A stretch of DNA of 58,723 nt, the filler included, from Sphacelaria rigidula (Eukaryota), in NCBI GenBank assembly GCA_964200075.2. It is 7 parts of 7 records of this genome, joined end to end, with 100 filler letters (N's around TTAATTAATTAA, not from the genome) between each part and the next. Parts side by side here need not be neighbours in the genome. Positions count along the whole stretch, not along the records: positions 33,616 to 41,918 come from CAXNAA020011593.1; positions 42,019 to 50,321 come from CAXNAA020011594.1; 5 more parts are not named here. One strand, given 5' to 3'. Both the position numbers and the translations under genes were made by a program. Positions 34,642 to 48,179 of the stretch are shown one piece after another (the stretch's first letter is position 1; each line of letters begins with the position of its first letter). The notes under the pieces were generated by a model. It searched no databases. It saw only the letters and a list, made by a program, of their open reading frames with translations, and was not told the origin of the DNA.

Positions 34642-37600
34642 ATGGACCTGAGCAATGACAGCAATGCACCACGGGGCGAAGACACCAGCACGCCGACCTC
34701 TCACTGGGTCGCTCCTCACGTGTGGTGGGCCGACACTGACGACAACATCGAAGTCAATTTGAACTCAGCAATAAGCCCTCTACCACCGCCGTGGGATAAC
34801 ACTCGACGTCCGTCATCTCAAGCAGTCGTAGGGAATGGACCATCACCCCGTCTACAGCACATGCATCGTGACCCAAGAGGTCTCTTCGGTGACCTGCCGA
34901 ATTCTTCCTTCAATGGTGCATTGACTGACCCTGTTGAGCGGGAGCTGCGGAGGCGGTCTGCTGCCGTCCAAGAGCGAGAGGCGACGACACCAGTGTCATC
35001 TGACCCCCCTAAGCAAAAGATAAACGAGGATGGCATCACCTTTGATGTGGAGCAGCAGGTCGGAGAGGGAGCGGGCGTGGTTACAGCAAGGACAGGAACT
35101 GCTGTCGACGTTGTGGACATCGGGTCCTGGAGGGAGGAATGCCACCGACTTCAGGGGGAGCTGGCTAACTTGGCGCGGCAACGAGATAGGTGGCCTGTAC
35201 TCTGGGTGCTTTCAGCGATGTGTTTCACTTGTTGTAAATTGCACCCGTCTTCAAATTGACTAGAAATGGTGAGCCAGGACTGACGCGCATGGCAGCACTG
35301 CCGCAAGTGTCTGCGCGGCCGGTCTGGGGTGCGTGGAGGTTTCGAACAACACAGCGAAAAACAAACCAATGATCCCGGCATTAACCACGATTTATCGACA
35401 TGAGAAGATAAGAACGTCCAATCCCACGGCTAACCGTAACCACGAAAGAAGGAAGGAGGCCTCATCGTTAGGAATGCTGATGGGGGGAACGGGAGGGGGG
35501 GAGTTGGCCTTCGAAAAACACGCATTTTCAAATTGATTGAGTCACACGCCGCTGCGCTGATTAAGAGACCCCAGGGCCCAGTGTGCCCACAAAAACGACT
35601 CTAGCAAGAAGATCGGAGGTACGAGTTGGGCCAGCTGACAGTGATTTTTGGATTTTTCCGGGCCCAGCTGTGGGTAATTCGAGAAGTTCGGTGCTGAAAT
35701 TTGACACGACAGTTATTTTCATCATCACTACGTGCAACATTCCAGGGGATGCAACTACAAAAACAAAAACAAAAAACACAGAAAGTTGAAACAATTTGAA
35801 GTTTCTGCAAAAACTGAAAAAAAAATGCTATAACTCCGTGAAAATAAAACGAAATACGTCGGCATTCCTCGGGTTGTTGTGCGTATTTGTGTGTAGGAGA
35901 TCCTGGTGCAATTTCGGCCAAAAATACCGCAACTTGGGCGCAGCAGGGCACCTTTTGTGTGACACCGCGGCACCCCTTTAATCCCAGTGACACGACTCCA
36001 GTTATGGAGATCACGAGTTCGAATCCCGACGGGTTCCTTTTGTTTCTTCTGTCGGTAAGGCTATACATGATGCAGCATATTTTCCCCAATTTTTCTTGAC
36101 TCAGCGGCGGTGCCGTGCGTTACCACGTTGGCCTGCAGGTCACACCGATATACTCAAGTCTGGCTGATTTGGTAAACTTGATAAGTTATGGTGTGACATG
36201 CAAATAAATGCAGGATTTGCTGGTGGCCCAGCTCGTAGAACACAAAGATATTCAGCTGTGCCAATGGGCATGTCAATACAGCATATTGAGCTGATTGTAC
36301 CATCCAAGGTGGATGATTACGGCCATTACGCAAGTTATGCGACCACACCCCGGCCCTTTCCAAGCGTCCACCGACCCCTTGATCATCCCGGCGCGCCCTC
36401 CGTCGGCGCCAGTTGGGCGTCACTGNNNNNNNNNNTGTAAATACAGCATATTGAGCTGATTGTACCACCCAAGGTGGATGATTACGGCCATTACGCAAGT
36501 TATGCGCCCCCCCCCCCCCCCCTCTTTCCAAATGTACACAAACCTGTTGATCATACTGTCGTGCCTTCCGTCGGAGATAGATGGGAGCAGCAGAGGGCAC
36601 AACATCGTGACATGGACACCGACCACGCTCGGGAACTGACGGGATTGAAGCGGGCGGTCGAGGCACAATCGCAGCTTGTCATGGAGAGTCTGGTGACCAC
36701 TCAAAGGTAACTTGTGTGTTTAGGCAGAAGGGCTATGTGTTTGTTTTCAATCGATCAGAAAACTGCGTACGTCATTGATCTTGTCGCCTACCTACAAACA
36801 GTATGATTGATTTGCGAGTCGTCTATGACGATCCTTTGCGAGTTAGTCAAAGTAACGTTGGCATACGAGCTGGGCCAGCCTAGGAACAGGTTTGAGCTCT
36901 CCAGGTAATATTTCATCGACACAGATGAGTTGGGCCGTGATCCGCATATATCGTATGAACCGTGTAATCGAGGGGAAGGTGCCGATCTGCTCGAAAGTCT
37001 GGGCCATTTTGTTTACGTAGATTAAACCCCATGTCTTGCACTTCCTATACCGTATGGAAATAGCGTCCAGACTAAGAACTATATCAGAACCGAACGATGT
37101 GTGGAGCGGATGACGAGGATATTTGGTGTGGATAAACTGGAGCACGAGGAGACGATATATACCCTCTTCACCTAGTTTGTTATCTATCATGAGATATGGT
37201 GCATATAAGGTTACATACTAAAACCACTATGTTACGACCAGAGGCACTGAACACATTAAATCTGTATATGTCGTCTTAGTTTTTGACAGTGATCCTTTCA
37301 AATTATGTATGGAGAACTGCTAGTGCATAATAAAATTAAAAAATCAACTTTTAAAAACTCATTTCTTCCGCGTTTTTAGGCGAGTTTTTAGGACAAATGA
37401 ACATTGCTCTTGGATCTAATCTCAGTTTCCCAGCTCATTTTTAATAATTGTGATTTGAAATCGAGCATGGAGAATCACAGCGGTATGCTGAATAAAAAAA
37501 CAAATGGGCCTTCGATTGTATATTTTTGGAGAGGTTCTGGCGTTCTCGTAAAATATCGTCGTTCCCATACTAACACACCCTAAACCAGTGAAACGAAAAA

Positions 37601-39360
37601 TAAATACCAAAGGGACTCACTTTTTTTGGTTCATTAAGCCCTAGCGAGGCCCCACACCAAATTTTTATACACAAACACCAAAGGTTGGCCGGTAAGTGAC
37701 CTGCAAAATGCTGTCCCGAATTTTTACCGACCCGGTTACTAAACGGCCCACTCTCACCTCAAATTTAGAGTTGGCCCCTGAAACCTTGTATGGATAATGA
37801 ATAGGGCATAACTGAAAAACGGAAAACCAGACCCAGAGATTTTTCCCCCATGAGTTAGAGGCCATAATGACTTTCAGGTCTCAGCAAAATGTCGTGAAAT
37901 CATGGGGAAAAAAAGAAGCTTTGGGTCTGGCTTCCCGTTTATTTATCATGCCCTATTCGTTGTCCATATCAAGTTTCCGGGGCCAACTCTAAAAATTGAG
38001 ATGAGAATGGGCCTGCAAACTACAAAATCCGCTTCTAGGCAGGCCCAGCCCGTGTGTCTACACAGGTGGAAATGAAGAACGGTTGTACCGGAAGGTTCAT
38101 GTCGTCGCTGCCAGTAAGATGTTAACCACAGTCACGGTTTTTCAAAACAAGCTCTCGCAATATTTCTTCGGAGGTGTCAACAAGAACACGGGTATCTGGT
38201 TTTCAGATTTGACATGTCAAGTTCATTTTCCAGGTGGAGGTACTTCGAGAGCTCTGAGCTCCTATCGATAGTCCATCATATAATAAAATCCATCCCTCCA
38301 GCACAAGTCGACGATAACCGCATTGATGATGCCCCGGAACAGACTAGCCGCTGGAGGTGCTTCAATGATGATGGCAGCAGCGGAGGGTTACAATATCGCG
38401 CCATTTCAGCAACCGCGGTATCCCCATCCAGCATCACCATGGGTACACCCAAATCCACCTCCGGGCAGGACGAGCTCTAACGCCTTCAAAACAACTCGTA
38501 GCCCCGCCGTCGCTCTCGCACGTCGGCGGTTGGAAATCGCCTCGGAATCAACTCACAACAGGACGAGCTTTCAAGACCTAACGACAGATGATCAAAGCGC
38601 CGAGAAAACCCACGACAGCCACAACAAGGATGAGGGAGAACAAATACCACTGGTTGGCCGCACCGACCGAGACCACCACCACGGGCGATCGAACGTGTCC
38701 ACCCTTTTCAATCGCCGCTATCAAAGAGAGAGTGGTGGTAGTAGACGGCAGCACCAGGCAATCAACCGCGAGCTAACATCCCAGCGATCCGTAGCACCAC
38801 AAACACTTGGATATACACCGGACGCGGAGGTCGAAAACAAATCAGTGCGGAACGAGAGGGAAAGGGAGAGGAAAAGAGAAGAAGAAAGGGCACGCCGGCG
38901 TTGGCCCGCAGCGCACTACGAAAATGACCGCTCATTGGCCGTCGACGGACAGCGGGCTCCTTCGAGGAAGCACGAGCAGTCGCGACCGTCGCACTACTGG
39001 CCAACATCAGCAGACGTCCACGGTGATTCATCACCGCCAGCGTCCGCACATGCTGGGAGTTTGACACGGCGGTTTCCAGAGACCGTGCAAGGAGGGCGGG
39101 CGTCACCTCCTACTGAAGAAGATTGGAGGCGCTGGGGAAAGCGTTACGGTGAGCACTTCATTATCAACAAGCAGAACAAAGACGCCGTCGAGCATTGCGA
39201 TAACAACGACGGAGAAGAGGACGGGATCAGCGGGCGAGGGGTCTCTACTCAAAACGCACTCCGTACCGCTGCTGATATTGATGCTGCACCATCTCAGCAG
39301 ACACCACTCCGTGGAGAACACTACTCTACTCACGACCGTCAGGTTGCATCACATTGGCAA

Positions 39361-39391
<31 letters not shown>

Positions 39392-41376
39392 CATTTTATG
39401 ATCAGCGATATCTCTCTCCTTACGCTATTGCGGGCAACGGTTCGCGATTACACATGCCAGCTTCGAAGCAGGAACAGGAAGCGCAGCAACAGCAAGAACA
39501 TCAACGACAACGACGGCTACAAACCAACACGCAACAAGGGGTCAACAACAGCACAAATAGCAGAGTGTACAACGATAGAGGTAAAGGGCGATGGAAGAAG
39601 CTCGATTCCAGTGATAGTGGCAGGAAGGAGGAAGTGAAGGGTGAGGATGGTGATGGTGCCGATGAGGGGGGACGCAGCAGCGGTGCTACGGAAGAAGTTT
39701 GGGAGTGGCGGGGACGAAAGGTGATGCTGATACAACCTGTATCGAAATCGTCATCGCTAGAGAAGACTAGCCGTTTGGAGATGCAGCAAGAAGGGGAAAC
39801 GTTTAACTCAGAACGAGTAAATGGTGAGGGTGATGATAGGCGAACAACAGAGGTAAAATTGAGTGATTGTTACTACGGGGTGCGAAACAACTGTATGACT
39901 GAATGCGTTGTGAGGCAGTTCCCCGCTGAATGATGAAGAAATTCAGTGGCGTGATGAATCGTGCGATGTATCTCAGGAATGTATACCTTGATTAACCACA
40001 GGGTAAGATGCAGTATAACGCTCTGTGTCTGGATTCACGCAATCTTCGTGCCTCGTTCAGTTCGGCAAGTTCAAGAAGGTACAGCATGCAGATGTTACTC
40101 CTATCGATATGCCCACGCATATGGGATAGGCGAAGCAGCGTCATGTCAAGTTACACCCCGACCTCGGTAGACCGAATTAACCCTAATACATTCAGCTTTC
40201 GTCCCAGGAACCGGCGCTGAAGCTCAGGGAAGGCTGACGCCAGCAATAAAATCAGCGATGAATGCAGGCACGGCAAACGGAGTGACGGTCGAGGCGTCGG
40301 CGACGGTCAATGACCCGGTCGCTCTTATAGATGAGCTTAAACAAGTCAGGGAAGCGATTCACGCGCTTGCAGGGAAAGATAGCGACAGACGGCGCGTGTC
40401 TTTCGCTCTACATCAGGAAGCGGGTGCGACACCGTCACCATTACCAACAGCTGCAGCAACACCGATGGTAACGCCTCTTACAATCAGTGAAGAAATAGGG
40501 AACATCTCCGCTATGACAAGGTTATCACCAGCTGCAACAGTAGGTCACCACCAGCATGGAGAGCACGACCAAGTACCGCTGAAGCCGTCAGATGGTGAGC
40601 AACGGTCGTCGAGCTTGGGTTCCTCGTCTTCCTCGCCTTGCCGTCCACCACCAACAGCATCGTCCTCTACTTCAGTAGGGCTGCACCAACCAGCGCCATC
40701 CGCCTCGACATCGTCTTTAGAAAGTTCTGCATCCGTCGACAACAACACATCTGCAACAACAATAGCACTTGAGCATGAGCCGAAGCACGGTCCAACGCCA
40801 TCCCGACGACCATCGTCTGTCGGATCGTCGGGGGTTGACGACGATATTTCCTCTTCCCCTCCTTCCTCTGGTTGTCCTGCACCGAGTGCTCCGAATCCCA
40901 ACTCTTCGCTGAGGGCTGAGGATGATAGTAGTGTTCGACGACACACTGGATCTTCTGTCGAGCGTGACGTTGAGAAGATTAGATCTTCCAGCAACATATT
41001 TGAGCCTTCCGTCGTATCCGTTTCTTCTGCTGCGACCGGCGACGGCGATGATGACCAGCGCGTAAGCGATGAAGCCGTGAACGAACAGGAGGGGCAAGAC
41101 GCTGAAGCTTTGGTTGGAGATGTGGAGAAAGACATCCATTTTAATGACGCTCATGGTCAGGAAGGTCAGAGTGTACAAGAAACGAGGAACCTTGCTGAAG
41201 CTGGAGTCGATCGTCATTTCCTCACTCCTGACGACGAGGTATCAGGGCACGACGAAGCGGAGGAGATGAGTGGTAATGCCGGCATGGCTACAGTGGATGG
41301 TGCTCATCATGCTGCCGAGGACGCTGTCGGCAATAAACATAATGACAGACATTTCGTCGCTTGCTGCCCGGGTTGA
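34642..41376 (+). CDS. Orphan coiled-coil/low-complexity protein; likely exons 34642-35189, 36581-36706, ~38302-39823 (or 39852), 40208-~41376
   Basis: Long ORFs (233, 536, 372 aa) with coding-like composition. Exon1-exon2 junction is GT-AG, phase 2 (RQRD|RWEQQRAQHR...). Exon2-exon3 phase does not match, so an exon may be missing or a boundary wrong. Confidence 0.55.
35622..36235 (+). mobile_element. TA-flanked MITE (Tc1/mariner-type) with internal tRNA-like cassette, intronic
   Basis: TA|CGAGTTGGGCC...GGCCCAGCTCG|TA; B-box GAGTTCGAATCCC at 36015-36027. Confidence 0.8.
36866..38052. mobile_element. 1.19-kb non-autonomous element sharing the CGAGCTGGGCC TIR, with internal ~110-bp-arm palindrome (37745-38013)
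   Basis: TA|CGAGCTGGGCCAGCCTAG ... CTAGGCAGGCCCAGCCCG|TG (16/18 match); body differs from the ~600-bp MITE. Confidence 0.65.
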
Positions 41377-41918
41377 GCACCTGCTGTGGTAAAGGAAGCA
41401 TAGGAAAGAGATGACGATGGGTCACGTGGATACACACCCTCGCACAGGAGGGAAAACACATGTGATATGGGATCGAGACGAATGGCCAGAGCGATTGGCG
41501 GCAGTTAGTGTGCAGCAGGTTGAAGATTCCCGCAAATGTTTGATGTGTACAGAAGGGGGACGCTGTCAAACGACGCGAAGGCGTTATATTGCTTCGGATT
41601 AATACAGAGGAGCTGTAACTCCTACCTTGATTTTGAGCAGGCGTCGAGTAGCATAAGCCGGGGGAGCTCGCCCTTGGGTTGGTGCATTTAGGGTTACAAC
41701 GGAAAAGCAAACGTTACTGGAACGGCAGCAGGGCAAGGGCGTAAACGAGGGTGTAAACTGGGGCTACGTTGATGCCTCGAGAGGTTACATAAGAGGAGCG
41801 TAGTGGCACGAGCCTGGACAAGCAGCGACAGTAATACAGGGCGGGGAAAGGGGGGGGGGGGGGAAAGGGGAGGGGCATCGTAGCGGGGGAGGGAATTCCT
41901 TGTATAGCCGAAGCAGGG

Positions 41919-42018
41919 NNNNNNNNNNNNNNNNNNNNNNNNNNNNNNNNNNNNNNNNNNNNTTAATTAATTAANNNNNNNNNNNNNNNNNNNNNNNNNN
42001 NNNNNNNNNNNNNNNNNN
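41919..42018. other. Artificial scaffold linker
   Basis: N44-TTAATTAATTAA-N44. Confidence 0.98.
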
Positions 42019-42469
42019 GCAATCAGGCAGAAGAAATCGTGAATTTGGTGATTTTGAGTCGTGATGATTTGTCCTAACCGTGCAAAAGACCCACGGAGCC
42101 TCGTGACGATTTCCTTTTATCTGTTGTAGAAAAGATCAGATCACCCTCAAACTTGGCAGTTCGGTGGGTATTGATGCTCCACGTGGAAAAATTGTATTCT
42201 TGGCAAGATTTCGGAGTTTCTCCGTTCTCTACCGGCTTCCGGGGGTCCCAGCATAAAGACCCTCGGAAACCGGTGCAGACTGTCTCGACACCAAAAAATT
42301 GACATCGTAGGGTTAGGTGGTATCCCAAGGAACATGTGTATCAATTCTCGTTGCTCAACTCGAAAAACTGAATCGACTGGGTCTTGTACCGTAAAAAGAA
42401 TCCTCAAAAAGGGCGATTCTGTACTTTAATCAAGTAATTTGGGGGCACGCAGACTTCAGCGCACGTTGT

Positions 42470-42769
42470 GGCATTTTCTCACGCCGTTTTTTTGAGTTAG
42501 ACCACGAAAATTTGCACACATGTTCTGGAGGGTACTATCTAAAACTCGAAGACCGAGGTTCTTCAATTTTTCATGTTGGTGGCTTCTTATCCAAGGTCAC
42601 GGTGGACCTACTTGATGACCGGGAGAGGGGTCAGATCCCGACTATCTCGACACCAAAACCCAAAATAACCCCCCCCCCAGTCTTCGAGTTTTAGATACTC
42701 GTAGTGCCCTCGAGAACATGTGTGCAAATTTTCGTGATCTACCTCGAAAAAACGGCGTGAGGAAATGCC
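42470..42769. mobile_element. MITE with ~90-bp TIRs
   Basis: GGCATTTTCTCACGCCGTTTTTT...CACGAAAATTTGCACACATGTTCT...TATCTAAAACTCGAAGAC pairs with 42677-42769. Confidence 0.7.
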
Positions 42770-45700
42770 GGGGGAAAAAAAATGGGTATTCAATCTGAAC
42801 CGGCTCGTATGCATATCTATATCTCTCTGCATCTGGTGCCGGCACCGCCAGTCATGTTGCTCCGTCTCAGCTCCACAAAAAGCGCGCATTGGGAAGGAAA
42901 ATAGAAAATAGGTCGCAGTCGCAGCAGTCCTGATGTATAGTGGCTATATCCTTCACATCCATGATAATTGAATGTCCACCCGACACGATGCTTTCTTTGT
43001 TAGCATCTTGTATATAAAGCGCACCGACCAAATCTCGCAAGTATACGAGTCATGTCGTCGAGGGCTTCGCGGATACACATTTTTTGTGTCAGGTCATTAT
43101 TTTGCATTCGGCTGTCATCATGGTACTTCCTCGACGGTCACAATGGCAGACTCGAACTCCATTTTATCACCGTTTGTACCAACCACCACCCATCGTTGCA
43201 TGTAGTAGTCTGCCTGTAGTACTGTTGCACGCACAGTGCAGTACAGTCTGAACTGCATCCTGCTGTATGCATGGCATTCACTCGGCTGCACCTCCTTCTC
43301 GGTAGCGCAGCCGAGCAAAAGCATCACGACACGCGCGCATTGATGTTCGTTTATATCCACTATTACTACCGATTAAAACTACACTGTTGTACGGAGTGAT
43401 GCCGTTGATACTCACCCCGTCTTCATGAGCAGCGTACGTATTCGTTTGACCGGTGTAGAGAAGAAGTACATGAGACACTTCATCCATGTATCTTACACTG
43501 GAACCTCCTAGAAAACCGATAAGTTCAACATGTACTGAGGGGACTTGATGTAGTTGATGGATATCGACGTAAAACCCACTAACAGCCTGTGGGTCGACTC
43601 ATGTCATACAGGATATGAGGTAAACCGACCCGATCCATCCATCGCTCTTGTCACTTTCTCTCATGCTCTACCGTCATTTTCTACATCCCTGTCTATTTCC
43701 AAGTATGTTTTGTTTTGCGTTGAGCTGTGGTCGCCCTATGCTATAGTCATTCGAAATAATGGCTGTGTGCGTGGTGGTTTTTATTTACTAGTATATTTTG
43801 CTCGAGATCCACGGTAGGAGAACGACCCGGAAACAAGGGGTAGGCGAAACCTGGCGCGCTGGTGTACTGTACTGAATCGACTTACAGATACACGGCCAGT
43901 CGTATCTCGAACAGGAATTACAGAGTATCGGTATTACCCGCAACTCTAGCAGCTGCAGCGGCGCCTGAGGCTTGCCCTCGTCGCGTGCGTGGTCGTGTGT
44001 ATAATTCGAAAATCTACGAGACGCCCCGAGCAACAATCAAGCGGGCAAGTGGAACAGGCGAAACACGTGAGCAGGCTCTAGCCCAGCAAGGGAGGTCGCG
44101 AGCACATCTTTACTGCTTTGGCTCACTTGAAAGGTGATGTGTGGGACGGGACGGGATGGCTCACGGTGTGGGTTAATTGTCGACGTTGTTTGTTCTGTCT
44201 TGTTGAACACAGTACCATTTTTAGTTTTTGACAAAGTCTGTGGGGTAGGTACGGGGCCTCTGACTGTACTGTACATATTTTTCATTTTTGTTCAGCCTGG
44301 CAGCTGGCCGCTCCGATGCTGCACATAGTTTGTAGTTTCCTTCAGCACCGAGCCCCGGATACATTTATTGGGTGGATTCGCCTGAGCAGCACATCACGCG
44401 CCGTCTCCTTCGAAACGCACGTCCGATTTTTGTTGTTCCGAATCAACCGCTGGTTAATCCCCTGCCACATGAAGATGGATGGTGAGTAAGTAGGTAATGG
44501 GACTCTCGTGTTCGACCACATTTGTCTGATCGTCCCACGTACTTCGCCTCGTTTCCATGTATAGATCGCATCTCTTTGCTTATACGGTATCTGAACCGTT
44601 ATACAAACGAGACCATCTCACCATCAGGGGTAAACAGTCAGTAATGGGGCAGCAGTGTTGAAATAACGATGCAGTCAGCAACACAACTGTATCCGCTGTT
44701 ATTTCTGTTCATTCTGGTTTGCGTCTCCGTTGCAACTGTATTGTTCCAGTCTCCAACAACTAACTGACTGTAACGCGGGTGGGGCTACTGCAGCACGACG
44801 AAACAATCACGGCATAGCTTTTCACGCTCGCCACCACTATCTTGATTCATGGTCGATTACATCCACCTAAAAAAAATACCCGAACGGCGACTGCATCTGA
44901 TTGTGGAATAAATATCAAATAGTTTACTTCGAACTGCAGGAGCAGTGCATACTGTCGTACTTACCGCACCTTTGCCTCTCACACACCAGCCGACCCGTTA
45001 CACGGTGGCCGTTACTGATATCTGCCACTTTGGGGGCTGTGCGGGCTGGGTCGCCCACGTCACAGCGCGCCCAGTACGCCATGGATGTAGCTCTTTGTTC
45101 CCGGGAGAAAGGTCAGTAGGTGGGCTCACAAATCGTGAGGCAGTCGCTCCACCAGCGCCGCGGCCACCGCTGAGTGACGTGACTTGTGTGGTGGTCCTTT
45201 CTTTGCCTTTTTTTTGGTGCGCCCTTTATCCATTTACAGAACATGGCAACTTACCCGGCAAACTACGGACGGAGAATATCAAACTTATATTCTATCGACA
45301 AGACTACCCTACTGAACCTCGTCAATCGAAGATGCTCCTTCTTTTTTGTGGAGACAAAGGGCTCGCAAAAGCAGCACCATCAGCTGCAGCATCATCAGCA
45401 GTGCTTTTTCCTTGACCGACAAAACAGCAACCTGAAAGTTGACCTTTTGATCCCACAATGGGTATGTCCCGGGGGACTCTCACACTGTACTTTACTGTTG
45501 TAGTTGTTGTCTGTACTCTGAGAAGCTCTACGGTTGTTTACCCTGCAGACAGTTGCGATCCGTATCTACGCCGCAGATACGCTCCAACTATTATTCGACG
45601 TGAAGCGCCTAATACTGTTGTCGGCATATTACGTGCGAGAGCGAAATTTTGAAAGAGCTACGATTATAGTAGTCATTACATTGGAGGTATTTATCTCAAA

Positions 45701-46049
45701 GTCGGGGTCACATATATATTTCACGGTAATATACGAATATACCGGGGAACCTGAGTTTGAGATACCTCTCGTGCTTGGTTTTGATATAACTGTGCGCAGA
45801 ATCAAAGATGGTCACCTCTCTCCTCTTCAGCGAGACTCACAGTACACTTCCGGGTTTACTTGTATAATCTGCAGTCTCGTGGCCGCAGCCACTAATCTTG
45901 TCTGAATCATCCGCAGTTGTCACCACCAGAGAACAGTGATGGTGCCATCATAATGAACTATGTTTTTTCTCTGTATGCTCGATACCCATAACACCCGTAC
46001 ATGAACATGAAGTTTGATTTGGAGCTTCCAGACCTGCGCGTCTGTTTGT

Positions 46050-46990
46050 AAATATTGCTATTGTTTTCGACACTTTGAGTCGAGATCTACTCCCGGACCT
46101 CTTACCGTCCCACTGGAGACTCGGCAGCGCACGCAGCGGGCAAGAACTTGACCGCTGTGTTGGAGTTGGTGGTACGAAACGCAGACGTCAGCAAAACAGT
46201 GCAGCACAGTTTGCTCAGTCGTGCCAGCAACTGCACGGTACAAAACATGGAACATTAGTATACTACTGGTGCCGTACGGTGCGGTTGCATCTGAAGTCAT
46301 GTGTACGGATAGTGTACGTCGTGGAACATATGTAGGAATCCACTGTACACACCAACGACCACATTGGCAAAGAAATCCTCCCATGAATTACCAATACTTG
46401 TAGTATTACCTGTGTCCAAGAAGTAGCCTCCTTGGTCTTTTGGACATTTGATCGCCTACACATGAAAAATCGATGGAATAGTCATTCTCCAGGTAGATGA
46501 ATATATTTTTCACGAGATCAACACACCCGTGCGTTTTCGTGGCGAGTGCACCGTAGCTCGCCTCCCTTCACATCCCTCACCATCACGCTGAAAACCTGTT
46601 GAAGGGACACGTATCCATTCAGAGCCCCAAAATATTCACGTGGTGTACCAGTATAGTATATAGCCCTTTGAATGTGCGGCCAAACGTCATATTTCAAGTA
46701 AAATGATGACGATCCAAATCACCTCCCGTAGTGAAGAGGTCACGTCCAGTAGGTACACGGACTCTTCAATTGTTTCCCATACCCCACACAACCGTTATGC
46801 TACATGGTTGCTGACGGCATTGGACAGTGCAGCACGACAGTAGAGTTAATATCTCCTGTGCTGATGTGTGATGATCACTATTCCAGCAACAAACGCAGTT
46901 ATAGCCTTCGTTCGACTGTACTTACCCTAACCCCACACCCAAGATGCCCCGCTTGCTCTTGGCCAAATTTCTGTAGCTTGGTCTACAACT
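46050..46990 (-). pseudogene. Possible highly decayed Gypsy RT/RNase H
   Basis: Ordered remnants LSNAVS (cf. LxNAP), VYLLDV (cf. VYLDDI), TSDATAPYG (cf. TDAS..G); weak. Confidence 0.3.
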
Positions 46991-47627
46991 GCGCTCTATT
47001 TTCCCTTGCCCTGTAGCTGTCCTTGATTCGCGTCCACCTCAGTTTTCTGGGCCCAGCCGCGCCTGTGGAGTTCTGACCCCAGTACAGGGGATGTCGATCA
47101 AGTGTCCCACTCACTCTTGTAGCCATTGATACTCAAAATACCCCGCTTCCTCTGAGCCTAGGTACGACCCGTTTTTCCCTCCCCCTATTGTTTTCCTTGA
47201 GTTGCATATATCTTCAGCGATGTGGGCGCGGGCGCGCCGACGTGAAAAAATCTTGTTTCAGTGCTGTGTTCGGTACAGGGGATGTCGTTCAAACGTTTCG
47301 CCTTAGGTAGAGAGGCATATGTTCTGGTCATTGTCCATCATGGACGTGAGGGCAGAGCAAACGGCTGCGCCCGGAGGGCGAAACGAACCCCTCTAAGGCT
47401 CATGATGATCGTTTTGTAGAGATGTCCGAAATTATCGGGACTGTCAAGGTATCTGATCACTCTCGGGACCTTGCAAGCGCCGCAGCGTATACACAGGGCA
47501 GCTCTCGAAAGTGCTCCGTTGCTCTCCGAATTTGGCAGACTTCCACAACTAACGCGTCGGGAGAAAGAAACCCAAGCCGCTCCGACAAAAACAGCGGTAC
47601 CGTGTCGACGATAATGGAGGTACCTCA

Positions 47628-47741
47628 AACTCGTGGTTCCCGGTATATGTGACGGTAAACTACCGCCATATATACAGGCATTATTTCTAATATACCGGGA
47701 ACCACATACTTATCGCCAATCTATACGGGTAACCACGAGTT
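47628..47741. mobile_element. 114-bp mini inverted-repeat element
   Basis: AACTCGTGGTTCCCGGTATA ... TATACGGGTAACCACGAGTT, plus an internal TATACCGGGAACCAC copy. Confidence 0.55.
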
Positions 47742-47743
47742 CA

Positions 47744-48179
47744 CCCTTGAATTGCGAGGGTAGGTCACCTGCTGAATCGGCATCAATATTCACTTGAAGA
47801 AGTATGAGTAGTCTTGAAGATACCTCCACTGGGCCTAAATTCATTAGTAGAGTCTATATCTTGATCGAAGTTGGCGCACTTGGTTTAGTTTCACGTGGGC
47901 ATCGAAATTCCAACTGTCAACGGGGCTGTGCTCCTACGCGGTTTTTTATTAATCATCGCCGCAGGCGCCGATTCGAGGTCTGGCAACGTACACTCCGATG
48001 AGGAACACTTTGTCCCCCCCTTGCCTGAGGGTCCGAGGGTTCCTCGCAGGGCTCCGTTGGGGTACGGTTTTAGGCTTGGAATTACTGCAACCCCTAGACC
48101 GCAAATGTAGTCCATCCGCATCATTGATACTTTTTTCAAGTGAAATTGATGCCGATTCAGCACAATCACCGTTCAAGGG
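47744..48179. mobile_element. piggyBac-like MITE
   Basis: TTCA|CCCTTGAA...TTCAAGGG|TTGA (degenerate TTAA TSD); subterminal inverted GCTGAATCGGCATCAAT(A)TTCACTTGAA. Confidence 0.55.

Noticed and set aside
36275-36590. Apparent ~165-bp tandem duplication around a 10-N gap
   Set aside because: The copies are nearly identical up to a C-run, after which the left copy degrades mostly by changes toward C. This pattern fits low-quality read ends at an unmerged contig overlap.
42900-43600. Possible Copia RNase H relic on the minus strand
   Set aside because: Only vague resemblance; no diagnostic motif recoverable.
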